The translations under genes and the position numbers were made by a program. The notes under the pieces were generated by a model. That model was not told the DNA's origin. It saw only the letters and a list, made by a program, of their open reading frames with translations, and ran no database searches. A stretch of DNA of 63,361 nucleotides, filler included, from Lenisia limosa (lineage: Eukaryota; Protista; Breviatea): assembly GCA_001655205.1 (NCBI GenBank). It is 12 parts of 12 records of this genome, joined end to end, with 100 filler letters (N's around TTAATTAATTAA, not from the genome) between each part and the next. Parts side by side here need not be neighbours in the genome. Positions count along the whole stretch, not along the records: positions 12,762 to 14,637 come from LPNZ01000394.1; positions 14,738 to 16,445 come from LPNZ01007084.1; positions 16,546 to 46,336 come from LPNZ01007106.1; 9 more parts are not named here. One strand, given 5' to 3'. This document shows positions 13,433 to 26,000 of this stretch, piece by piece (the first letter of the stretch is position 1; each line of letters begins with the position of its first letter).

Positions 13433-14110
13433 CCACGCCAACAGTGGGTCAGTCCGGCCTTCAAAACGCAAATATTGACAGTTCTCCGAACCCGACGCCG
13501 ATGCTCAGTCCAAGAATGGCCAGTGAAGGTAGGACCATATGTAGGTATATATCGTTATGTATGATATTATATCAAGTATTGACCGATTTGGCATGTAGGT
13601 TTACAAAGACAATAGGTTCAGACTGTCACTGTTCATAGAATAGTATTTCATATTAATATTATCCATCATATGGTATAATGTACATAATGACATAGTATAT
13701 CCAATAATTGTAAAAATAGACGATATCATATGTGCTATACATGATATAATTGTTTTGTGGTAGTGGGGGGTATGATTACTATATCCGAACGAATAAAGGT
13801 GTTGTCCTTTATACACCTTTATTACCTCCCTCCACCCCACAAGCAAGTCATTCTCTATTCCTCTTTTGAAAATATAAATGAAAAAAGACAACCTGAGAAA
13901 TGGCAAATATCTATTCCTGGAATCATTATCTCCCGCCTTACTTTTTAAGGAACCCAATTCTTTGCACCAGCGACAACTTCAGGTATGATTAAGTTTCAAA
14001 GATGTGTATTGTATATTGTATGTTTGGTATGAGTCAAGGCAAGTTAACCCTACCTCTGACCATCTAGCCTCCTCCTTACCAAACCTCAGCTTCCCTGGTT
14101 TTACTCTTGG
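13433..14110 (+). CDS. Exon fragments of an unidentified protein
   Basis: AG/GT-bounded in-phase exons TPTVGQSGLQNANIDSSPNPTPMLSPRMASE and NLRNGKYLFLESLSPALLFKEPNSLHQRQLQ. Confidence 0.4.
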
Positions 14111-14867
14111 TACGTAAATTGGTGTTGCGTGTGACTTTTCTTTGTGCTCTTCAAGTATTTATGATATTAGATACTGAATCGAAAATCAGTAGACGTGTTT
14201 CCGACTTTAGTGAGTTTCATAATTGTTTTGTTCATTTATTGTGATACATTGCCTTGCATGATTGTTTTTTGTTTTTTTGAAGATCCATTAATTTATTGTA
14301 GTCTTACATTCAGAACAGTCGCCTGATTCTGATTTGAGTGGTAAGGAATATTAGGCATTTTCTTTCTGTTTGAAGTATTTTGAACATTTTAATATTCTTA
14401 GATACCATCCCAGAGCAGGATCCTGTTACAGGTTGGGCTTAACATAAGCATCTCTTCTTATCAATTGACATTATGCAGAAATATTTCGATACAGCATATC
14501 ATATGCATATGATACATTTTATATAATTATATTTGGGAGGTATTTTTTTTTTCTCAACCATAATTCACAATCTTGTTAAGCAGGCTTACTATTTTATAGT
14601 TGACAAGCTTGTTACAAGTGATCTGGAAGGACCCCCCNNNNNNNNNNNNNNNNNNNNNNNNNNNNNNNNNNNNNNNNNNNNTTAATTAATTAANNNNNNN
14701 NNNNNNNNNNNNNNNNNNNNNNNNNNNNNNNNNNNNNCCGCATACCATCACTCCAACGTACGTAAAAAAAATATAGTAGGGATGAACGATTCCGATTCCT
14801 TAACCAAAAAAAAAATCTCTGTTGCAGTGTATTGCAAAACTCCAGTTACCTTAAGGGGTCTTTTTTG

Positions 14868-16310
14868 GCCTCATCGACCGCAGATTCCTGGGCAAGTTCC
14901 TGCGGGGTTAGAGGGGGTAGGAAAGCACTGATCATGAGTATGTCTGTAGGATGGAGGGGTATCTACATGTATACATGTAATTATAGTGTACTGAATTAAC
15001 CATTCGGTTTTATTGCTTCTACCTCCTCCCTTTTTCTACATTATGGTAATTTGTTTATGGTATCCCTGTGTATTTATTTGCTCCCCCAAGATTTCTAATG
15101 TATATATTATTTCTCTTGTTCAAGAAGGAAAAATTGACCCCCCCACACCCCGTACCTCCAGCCTGGCCTTGGGGTCCTCTTCCTCCTCCTCAAAATCGCT
15201 ATCTCCGGAGAATTCGTTATCTCTCTGCTGGTTGTACATCTTCTGTACAACGTCTTTGGGGATGACGGTGAAGAGTTGCAGGACAGCCTGGATGGAATTA
15301 AACCCGGTATTTTGGTCAAAAAACGAGAGACGGTCGAATTGCTTAAATAGGGTTATGACAATGGCTCCAATCCCAGCCTACCTGTCTCTCCTGGTGAATG
15401 GCTTTGAACACGGGACGGAAGACACAAACCCCACTAAAGTGTCAATCTGGGGTACTTATATGTCAAGATATGTACTATTATTATATGTATGAATACAATC
15501 ATATGACGATATGATATCATATCACTTTTTGGATCATCGTGTGAACTATCATTTTCCAAGCAGTGATATGATATCTCATATCCACACGTATGATAATTGA
15601 CCGACAAGTCTCAATGATTCTCTGATATACTCGGGATGAACCCTCGAGTTATCTTCGTTCATCATTTCGACTCGAAAGTCGGTCATATGATCATATCACT
15701 TTTGGATAATGGGTCAACATATTCGTCTTATTTGTGTCTATATGGTTCATGTGCCAAGAAGAAAAAGAGTTTGCTACTTAACCACCCTCCTCCCCTCCTC
15801 TCTTAGTTCCTTAATCGGGCGTCCCTGCTCGATTGCCAATATAAGATCTTGCTATTTCACCCCCCTCACCTAATTCCGATAAGCAAGAAGCAGAGCACAA
15901 AGACGCTGAGGCCGACTATGAGCATGCCCAGGGTGAGGGTGTTGGAGTAGGATGAAGCCAGGTCTGCAGAGTCAGCAAAAATAATAGAATCATATATTGA
16001 AAATATTGAAAGGAGGAGCCAGAAAAGGAGTCTGTATTGATATGAAAAAGAAATTAATAAACAATTNNNNNNNNNNNNNNNNNNNNNNNNNNNNNNNNNN
16101 NNNNNNNNNNNNNNNNNNNNNNNNNNNNNNNNNNNNNNNNNNNNNNNNNNNNNNNNNNNNNNNNNNNNNNNNNNNNNNNNNNNNNNNNNNNNNNNNNNNN
16201 NNNNNNNNNNNNNNNNNNNNNNNNNNNNNNNNNNNNNNNNNNNTTTCAATGAAGCTCGAAGTAATGTTAAAAGCAGCATTATCCATGCAATATCTGGAAG
16301 GTGAAATTGG
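14868..16310 (-). CDS. Multi-pass membrane protein fragment, possibly TmcB/TmcC-like
   Basis: Spliced TLTLGMLIVGLSVFVLCFLLIGIS|GVCVFRPVFKAIHQERQ|AVLQLFTVIPKDVVQKMYNQQRDNEFSGDSDFEEEEE: a TM helix followed by an F.P..E..L..IP motif that I recall from protist TmcB/C-type proteins. The family call is tentative. Confidence 0.45.
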
Positions 16311-16719
16311 ATAATATATAAAACACTCAAAATGATAATTGCAATAAAAAAAATCTCATTGAGTGAGCAGAAGTGGGGGAATACTATTCCTACCCCTTCC
16401 TACCCCTCAATACCACCCAAAAGAGTGCCATCTTACCTGAAAGACNNNNNNNNNNNNNNNNNNNNNNNNNNNNNNNNNNNNNNNNNNNNTTAATTAATTA
16501 ANNNNNNNNNNNNNNNNNNNNNNNNNNNNNNNNNNNNNNNNNNNNTAAAGGGGCTGACCGGGAGGTCTTTCATAGCCTGGGGGAGGGGGGTGAGAGGGTT
16601 CAAAATGCTAGAAACAGAACATTCACAATCGCATTGCTATTCCACCTTGTGGCACTGATATACTTCAATCTTTCTGATCTAGATGTATGAAAGATCGTCT
16701 GGTGAAGCTTTCCACCCTA

Positions 16720-19700
16720 CTTCTTTATCACCTTGAGTGAAGAACTCGGAATTGATTCTCTGATCATGTTAGGACTGGTTTTAAAGGGAAACAAAATAAC
16801 CATAATGGAGTTACAATCGAAAATCAATTCAAATTACATAAGAAATACTTGAGTTGTTCTAAAGATACAGAAACACTAATACGGAATTGAAGATTAATCT
16901 ACCCAATTTCCATGTCATGAGGCAGACAGAATGTACATGTACATCCAAAAGTTAATCCCCCAACCGCAGTCCACTTTTTGGTGGTCTCAATTTTCTTGGC
17001 CGTGTGAGAAATGTCTGCAACCTAGGGGGTCAGTTATTAACATCAAAATATTCTATTTGGACCAAATGATAATTTACTTGCCCATCAACCTTGATAGCTA
17101 TTTCCAAAAGGGCCTTTCTTTGGCCAGTTGTTGAAAGATCAAGGCTACCTGAACGGTTGGTTAGTGGCATTTTTAGTTGTAATTTTTGGTTGTTGTAGAT
17201 CAACATTGCATTTTTTTATGTTCATTATGGTTATAACATCCTAATCCTCCCAGACACACTCACATCACCACCCAATACTGATCCAATTTTGTTATAAGAA
17301 CCATTGAAGTTGTAATTATATCACCACATCAACCCTCTCTGCTAACCTCTGTCCAGAAGGGTTTCTGTCCGGAAGGAGTTTATCAACGAAAAGTGCTTCG
17401 CCATGTCTGAAAACAAAGATAAAACAATAAATAAATTAGTGCGTATTAACAACGTCTTATTATCACACAATATTGATAATGGATATCCTAAGTTATCTTA
17501 CCAGTTGCAAGGATTAGATCAATTGAAAGGGTTCGAATCTGCCAAAGTAAGTAGGAGACAATTGTTAATTGTCAAAAGTTAACTGGCAGATAAGTATAAT
17601 GCAATTTCCAAAAATAGTACGGCACTGCAGTATAACATGAAACACAAACCTCTTTGAAGATAGAAACAGGGATAGTGGAAAACACCCCTGTCTTTTGGGC
17701 TATCTAAATGTGATTATTCGATGTTCTATTGTACAATATTCAACAAAAGGTGGATATTTGTCATTCTACTTACCTGGAAAGACAATGAGCTATGGTGATT
17801 CTCCAAAATGGATTTGTCGTTATATCTCACAGCTAAAGAACAAACATTAAATGTGAATTTATTTCATACAAGCACAACTGACAATATGCAATTATTGCTT
17901 TAGTATGTCAACATGATGATCATACCAATGAAACCTTTACTCAGCCCCCAGCATACCTAAGGGATCAAGAGTCTCAATTAGGAAGGTGTTGCTCACGCCC
18001 GGGTGATCGATATCATGACACAGTGCTGCAAACAATAGCGAGAATTCTAGGACGTAAAAATGATACCACCCAGCTTTTCAATAGCGATTGTTCCCTTTAC
18101 AAGAAATTGGTTTGGATTAATCAACTGTATTCTTAATTACCACCAAATGTAAACAACGAAATAACAGATTCTTACGACTAATACCACCCGCACATACTTT
18201 CAACGATTGAAAAGTTGTATCCAATGTGTTTCTAGAATGTTAAACCACATCAACAGTAATTGACACTTAAAAAGTACCAAGTTCAGCTCTTCTGATTGTA
18301 TTTATTGCTATTTATCATACCATGTTGATGAGATGATTTGTGGTGGCTAGAACATCCATTGCGTGCTCCATGTTGTGGTAAGGGTTCTTACGGTACGCAT
18401 TTGAGATCTGTGGTAAATGGGATTTGGAAATATAATGATATATATATATGTATGAACGGCTAAACCCAATAAAACCCTATAAAACCCTATAAATCTCGAT
18501 ATTTTTATAAACTTTTTGAATAATTTCCCTCAAAAAACTTGGACATCAATAAAAACCAATAAAAATACGAAATAATGACCAAATGCCTGACATTTTGACT
18601 GAAATTACCAACAAAGGAAAATTCGAGAATTTTGGTAATTCAGTCAAAATGTCAGGCTTCATATCTGGAGCTAACGCCATTTTAACATCTGATTCGACCA
18701 TTTTAAGGGTTTTGGGGGTCTGACTTTCTGNNNNNNNNNNNNNNNNNNNNNNNNNNNNNNNNNNNNNNNNNNNNNNNNNNNNNNNNNNNNNNNNNNNNNN
18801 NNNNNNNNNNNNNNNNNNNNNNNNNNNNNNNNNNNNNNNNNNNNNNNNNNNNNNNNNNNNNNNNNNNNNNNNNNNNNNNNNNNNNNNNNNNNNNNNNNNN
18901 NNNNNNNNNNNNNNNNNNNNNNNNNNNNNNNNNNNNNNNNNNNNNNAATGTCCAAGTTTTTTGAGGGAAATTATTCAAAAAGTTTATAAAAATTTATAGG
19001 GTTTTATAGGGTTTAGCCGTTCATGCATATTATATATGTAGGATATACTATATCATATTTATATATTCCAGAAGTATCGTCCCAGCAACTGATACAAGAA
19101 AGGACATCCAGGCCTCAATTATGCAAAACTGCTCCGCATTACTTGTGGGGATGGTATGAAGGAGACAAGGGAGTAGTTTTACACACAATCCATTCGTGAA
19201 TTCACATTGTATTATAACCCACTGTTGTTGCAAATTTGTGGAACTCCACTGGAGAAATCGAAAGGTGTGTATAAGCTCCAGCTTTGCCCAATAAGGAGTG
19301 CATCTGGTGTTAATTACAAATTGTATCATTAATTTGAGTAAGTAAAAGAACAATGTAAAAATGCTATTCCCATAAAAATTAAATAGAGTCACAGTCAAAA
19401 GAGAGAAAATGAATTCTTGACGCCCAATAATCTGAGGAAGGTTGGTGGGAATTCACAGCAACATAAGAGGATTGAATGTAATGCATTGAAGCAAATCCTT
19501 TCAACCTATCACAGCCGCCAACATAGTCGGGCAAGGCGCTGGGACCAAGGTCACGAATCACCCCAAAAGTGTCACAGTTGAAGCCGTCCATGCGGGAGAG
19601 AACTGTCAGAGTTTGAACCGAAAGACTGTGCGTAGAGTTCGAAGGGAGTTGGGAAATCTAGAAAATGATGCAAAAACCTTTGGTTTTTATTCCTTAATTG

Positions 19701-22543
19701 CATAATTATATATTGAAGTGGATTTTTTAATCATAATAAGACCATAATACGCCCATGCTTGGGACTTTCATGTACCCCATCAAATCGCGTTTGAAACCTG
19801 GGAGGTTGTGTCACTGAAGAAAGCACTTCCGTCTTTGGGCTTCTTAATTTGAGATTGCTGAAGTTGTTATGGTAGCAAGTCTGTTGTTCAACATGTAATA
19901 TTATATCAGATATTTGAACTAAAAGCCAGGGTGGTGTCGTGTTTGCATTATTAATGATAATGGGATAAGAATCCCTCGTAAGACTCTCTTTACAGCACTG
20001 AACACACATACTTCCGCTTCAGTTGCGTAGTTTTTGATCAGCCAATCACGAGTCTCACTATCAACGTTCTAGAGGATGAGGTGTTGATTCTCAAAATATC
20101 AATAATGGAGATATTTTAAATAAAATAAAGGAGCAAAGACTCAAATTGCTCTGGGAAATGGTTCATCTTATTAGTTACATACCTTCGAGGCGGTTTTAAT
20201 TGCTACCAAGGCTCCAAGTTGTTTCTCAAGCCTCTTATTCTCCTTTAGAAGGTTTCTGAAAAAGTCACAAGGTGGTACTGCTTGGTACATCAGCAATAAA
20301 ATGTTATTCACGAACCCCCGTATACAGTGTATATTGCTCCCAAAGCCAACCGTTGGAGAAGAAACTCCTTTCGACCAGCGAAGTCTGTTCGTCGATACCC
20401 TAATCTGAGATGTTAGTACCGGCCCTTGAAGGGAAGAGTATGGCCTGAGGGATCTGAGCGATATATTCAAGAAAAATAATGTTTTCCAAGTCGAAGAGGT
20501 TGCAGAGGACTTAGCGGAAGCAATAGAAAAATATGTCATATATGTCATATTCAAACTCCTTCTCAGTCATGGTTGAGTATTGCATTTCCCCTGGGTTCTC
20601 AAACGAAACCCCTCATACGACACTAAGAAGCTGAACAAGACAATAATGAACACAAAACCGAGGCCAGTGTCTTCCCCATAAAAGGCGATTGATTGATTGG
20701 TACCTATCAGGATTAGTAAACCAGAAATTGGTACTGCACAGTTTATTTCATGAAAATAAATAGCCTTTAGCTCTACAATGTATAAGATAGTAGCTGTCCT
20801 CCATCATTAACGCGTAATCCCCATACCGGCTGCATAGATAATGAACACGTAGATACCAATGGCCCAAGCTGTGAAGAACGTCGTACTTTACAGCATAAAA
20901 CAATGGAAAGACAAACCTGGTTTTTTAAATTTATGAATAGAGATTATTATATTGATGAGGCATCTTGCACATACCGATAAAGACTTTTTATAGAGATGCG
21001 GTATCCTGCACATACCGATAAAGAGTCTGGAAAATTGCCGGGCCAGTAACAATGCAAAGAAAGTAGATGAGGATCTGCGGATGAAGGATGATGATTAAAA
21101 CAATCGGCACAACCATGAAGATAACTGTACATATCATATGATATGGTATATTAAGATAATATCTCCACCGCCAACACGAAAAAAAGTCACAAGTAAATTG
21201 AATTAACTGATTATAGCATATCACGCACAATACAGAAGAATACAGAAGACCCACGTAAGTTGGGTTGAGAGTGTCGTAATGGTCACTGTGTTGGCTACTG
21301 TAAGTTGGGATGTTATCTAAAATAATGAATCGTGGATGAAATCGATGGAGTGTAGTCCACATACTTGCAAAAATAAGCGCAGGTGAGTGAAGCGCGGTAA
21401 TAACTTGGTACCATGTCCCCACTAAAAGTATAAGCAAGAACCGAATCAGAAAATACCACAAGTTAAATGATGAGCAGTTTTGTAATGTGGAATGAAGTGT
21501 TTAATTAAAAGGGGATTCAAACGTTACAAAGACGAAAGTAAGCTTACTTGTTTCAAATGATGCGTTTTGGTAGAAGAGGAACAACGTAAGACAGTAGAAG
21601 AAGTAGATACCATAGCTAATAAGATGTTAAAAAAGAGTACATATCTCTGTATGCCTCTAATCAGGAAGAAGTGTGGACTATTCTATTTTGCATCCAAAAG
21701 GGGAAAATTTTTATTTCCTGTTCCAGGCCCGACAGCATATCAAATCGACACTTATTACATCTTTTTTTGCAAGACAATATCACAAATAAGAGAGAAAGTG
21801 CCACCAATATAACAGCATGAAGGTTGTAAATTGTGCAATCCCTTACGTAAGAAAGAAAATGGCGAGTATTGTTCCGGTGACAAGGCGCAGATACAGAGTG
21901 ACATTGACCAAAATGCTGACTCCAAGAACAACAGCAGAAAGCCGCTTCACACTGGCATAACTGCTCTCCTGTGGCGTGTTAATACGGTAAAATTCCAAAT
22001 TCAACGTGCATCGAAAAAAGTCAATTGAGGAATGCAACTTTTCAACTTTCTCATTGGGGTGAAGTACGACCCCCATTCCACGCTAAATGGAACACGAGGA
22101 GGATGGAACTGATGAAATAGATGAACAATATATTGATGCGTCATCGTTGAATGTCAAGTTGGATAATTAATAATTGTTTATTTCTTCAAGACAGAAGAGG
22201 TAAAAGGCAGTTTAATCGCAGCTGACATTATTTACCATCGGATCAAAACCATCAAAAGAAAAATAATAAACTGCTGACTAAATAAACATGTAGTAAAAAC
22301 CAAAAACTCACTAAACGCTGGATAAATATTGGAGCATATCTCAGGAGGGATAAATCCCCTTCCGACAGACCAAGTGATATTCGCGGAACTCATGCTCAAG
22401 GGCGCTGTCAAGAAATTCATTGAAGAAGTTAATATTATTAAGCGCATCGTTAAACGAAAGGGTGCCTTAGGGTTAAAGAAAACGAGAAACCAACTGCTTC
22501 TTGTTGCTTGAGAGGGCAATGTCTTCCTAAGCTTTTCCTCCAT
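16720..22543 (-). CDS. Class I cyclic-nucleotide phosphodiesterase with 6-TM N-terminus (copy A; 3' end cut by contig edge, start uncertain)
   Basis: Exons NFFNEFLDSALEHEFREYHL, six hydrophobic segments, GYRRTDFAGRKEFLLQRNLLKENKRLEKQLG, DSETRDWL, NPYHNMEHAMDV, ALCHDIDHPG, ENHH, LATDM, KVADISH and RINSEFFTQGDKE. Confidence 0.9.
18452..19024. mobile_element. Foldback/MITE-like element with long (about 80-95 bp) TIRs in a PDE-A intron
   Basis: The left arm atgaacggctaaaccc..aaaccctataaa..ttttgaataatttccctcaaaaaacttggacat is the reverse complement of 18947-19024. An internal near-perfect 24-bp hairpin spans 18585-18657. The centre is an N gap. Confidence 0.85.
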
Positions 22544-23020
22544 ATGTCTTCTCTGCCTGCTTTTCCGAAATTGATGACTATCGCTAAATTCAGGCGGGGG
22601 CCGAGTCGGATAATCTTTTCCCTACTGTAGAATTTCAGGCTGCCACAGCAAATATTTAAGCAGCTGACCAACTATTTATTATATACAACCAGGTAACTAA
22701 TAATAATTGACAGTTTGCACACGTATAAAGGGGAAATTACAAAACTCAAAATTGCTAGCCATGTTAGGCGAGGAATAAGCCTATAATTCAGACAGACGAC
22801 AATCAAATGAGAAATACGGAGGCACAAGTGACTCCTGCAAGGCTTCAAGCAATAAGGTGAAAGGATTTGTAACTTTGTAGGGTCTGTAACTGGGTTCCAA
22901 TTGCTAAATCTGGATAATAATACAGACATATCACTGAATTTGTTGAGTGTTGTGGAAAATTCATATTACCGGACTATTTATATTCTAGCAGTCCCCTCTG
23001 CCTCTTCTCTCTACTGATTT

Positions 23021-26000
23021 ACGTAGTTCAAATGCCAGCTTGAAGAAACTGACGGCACGAACCAACGCTACTGATCTCACCCATGTCACCAAAAGCAGTT
23101 TGAGGAAACAATCAATTCCGCCTTTCTTTTGTGAATCCGGGCATTTTGTTAACCATAGGCCTGTCTACTTCAGCTGAGGAGACCGTTGAGCAAACCAACT
23201 TCTTCAATGAGTTCCTTGATCCTGAGCTTGAGAGGGAGTTTCGCGAGTATCATTTGGTATGGCTGGCTCGGACTGTTGACGTGGACCTTTATGGATAAAC
23301 GTGATGAGATGATATGGTAATTGGCTGTTAATATATATTTATATATATATATCTATATATATTATATATCGATATATGTCATTTTGGATGATTGTTTAAA
23401 GATGGGTTGGAGGGGATAATAATCTAATAATCTTGCAAGTGTGGTGATGAGTAGCAAAATGTGGTTCAAGGGAATTTACACCCCCCTCCCCCCAGGACAG
23501 CATATATGCTAGCATGCGGAGGTTGTCCCTGGTGGTTGTAGTAGCAAGTGCTTGTATTACGTTCACTATTGTAATGAGGTTCTTCTTCGCTGAAGTGCTG
23601 CCTCTTTTCTTATTTACGTGAGAGGGCTCTTTTCTTATTTACGTGAGGGAGGGAAATATTATACACAATTTTTACAACAAAAAGTAGTAGTGATCGAGAA
23701 AATGGTTGAAAATGTGACTTTATTCATTGATTTATTGCAGGTTTGGTGTTCATCTTCTGTTCTGTCTCTCGCAGTTCTTCTTCTTTCGTACTGCATCTTC
23801 TGCCACAAGTATGCATTTGGGCGAATTTGAGAGCAGTAGCTCTTAAATCATTAACAGATATGTGCAAATCCCTTTCTAGTTTTCCCTATGACAATGGGTT
23901 CAGCTAGGACAAGGGTTAACCGAAGGTACTTTTGAAATCTTGGGAGATCGGAATGTGGAAAGTTCTGATTTCTTCAAAAAAATCAGTTGTATACGCGGCT
24001 AGCTGGCGTTCTAAACAACATAGTAGTGTCTGAATAATGTTTTAAACCCCTGTAATAACGGAACTTCTCATTATGGCTAGAGATACAAGCTAATCAGGCA
24101 TTTTTTGGCTTAGAGAATTCCGAGCTCCCAGCTAGTTAGGCCGGTCCCTGTGCTAGCAGAACCCATTCAAATGCATTTCAAAATTCATTATTAGATATAT
24201 ATGATTTGATGGTGACTTGCAAATATGTTGGGGTCTCTGTGCAATATTTTGTTAATCAATTTCTCCAACTAATTAACTTCACAAAGTCCAACATATGTGT
24301 AGCACAACAAAGACAGCCAGTTACCTTTTAGTCGTTAAATGGTACCAGACAATCTCAGCCCTTAATAGCCCCTTTCTAATTTTTGCTAGTAAGTGGGAAA
24401 GTGGAATATGAGTATCTGCTGTGATACCGTATTACAAAAACTAGAGTGTGAGTGAATAGGCTTGTAGTTGTTGGATATTGAGAATGATGGGGTGGATTCT
24501 GCTTGTACGTTTGACGACTCACAGATAACATCCCAATGTACAGTAAAGACCATTCTGAGCCTTACAACACCCTCAATCCAAGCTATGTTGGTGGACCCTT
24601 GCTTTTGTCTTGCTTTTTTATGAGAGTTAAATGTTTTGCACATATTGGTTGTCTCTGAAAGCTGTTGTATTTACATGATATTACGTATAATATAGTATGT
24701 CATATGTAATACTATAATGTAAGTTACCCCTCCGCAAGAGTTGAAAAACTTTGTTTTAGGTCCCTATCTCTAACCAACGTTCCCCTAGGTATTGATTTAT
24801 TTTCTCTGCATGGCTGCAGCACCAACCATTTTCCAAACACTTTACAGGTATGTTGTCCAAGATTTTCAGTCTGTATCCTGGTTGATCAAGTTTGACTGAA
24901 TTGATATTGTCAAATAAAGTTCATGCTTACATTGTATGTGATATTTACACATAGTAGTTGAAACCATGACAGTGTTGTAAACTTTATACCTTTTAAAAGA
25001 CCCAGAGCTACCTTCTGCGTGACTTGGAGCATTATGGTCTACGTACTTATTGTGTATTCCTCTTCTTGTGGGAGGGGTAAACATAATTATTATTTAATTG
25101 AATATCTAATATTTTGATTCTGATGATTTAGCTGATACTATTACGAGTGCCTTTTATGGGCCGAAAACTGGAGTGGGGTTTGCCGTTACGATGACACTTT
25201 TCAGTTACCTCATCTCGTGAGGGGGAATGTTTGCTTTGTAACAACCCCAAATAAGGGCTATTTTATGATGCGTTTTTGGAAAGCTGTTCTTTGAAAAGGA
25301 TATTCATTTTCATCTGAAATTACGTAACAAATCGTAAAGTTATTGGCTCTAAGTTTCTCTTATTTGTCTAACTAAATGAGTTTTTGACGGAAAGAATGCT
25401 GCTCTTCAGTTACAAACAAGCTTCATTCGCTTAATAAATATAGAAAATTGATCATACCAGGTGCTTACCATTATAAAAACTTCTTTTATTTTCTTTTTAC
25501 AACGAAGGTCGGGTTACAGACGTTTCGACTTATCAACGAGGAAGGAGTTCATTTTACAAAGGTATTGTCACCCAGTTCCTCAATAATTTATCTGATCCCA
25601 ATATACAAACATTGATCAAACACCTCTTTCAAGTCAATTTTGCAAAAGGGACAGTAATATTAAACTTATATGATACTATCGATTGTTTTGACTTTCTTTT
25701 TGGATGATTTTTGAAAGTTTCTGTTTTGTAACCAACGTGGAGAATAGAGCATTGAGTATTCACATCCAAATTGCCAGTTACACGCCTAGGAACCTCCAAC
25801 TGGAAAACGCTCGCATGGCCAAGCAGCTCGGTGCTCTTTCGACGATCCAAAACGCTTCCAAGGATAAGGTCTGCCCGCCCCCATGAAACGTTTCAGTATC
25901 TGATACCGTAACAATATTCAGCGAAGTTTTACCAAAGCATTCATCCAACCCAATCTAATGGAGAGAGAAAGCACCTAAATCATATTACAATAGAGGTGTA

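Noticed and set aside
20641-24850. Rhodopsin-PDE or GPCR-PDE fusion
   Set aside because: I count about six TM segments and see no retinal-binding Lys motif or GPCR signature. The junction resembles a cyclase-type 6-TM cassette instead.
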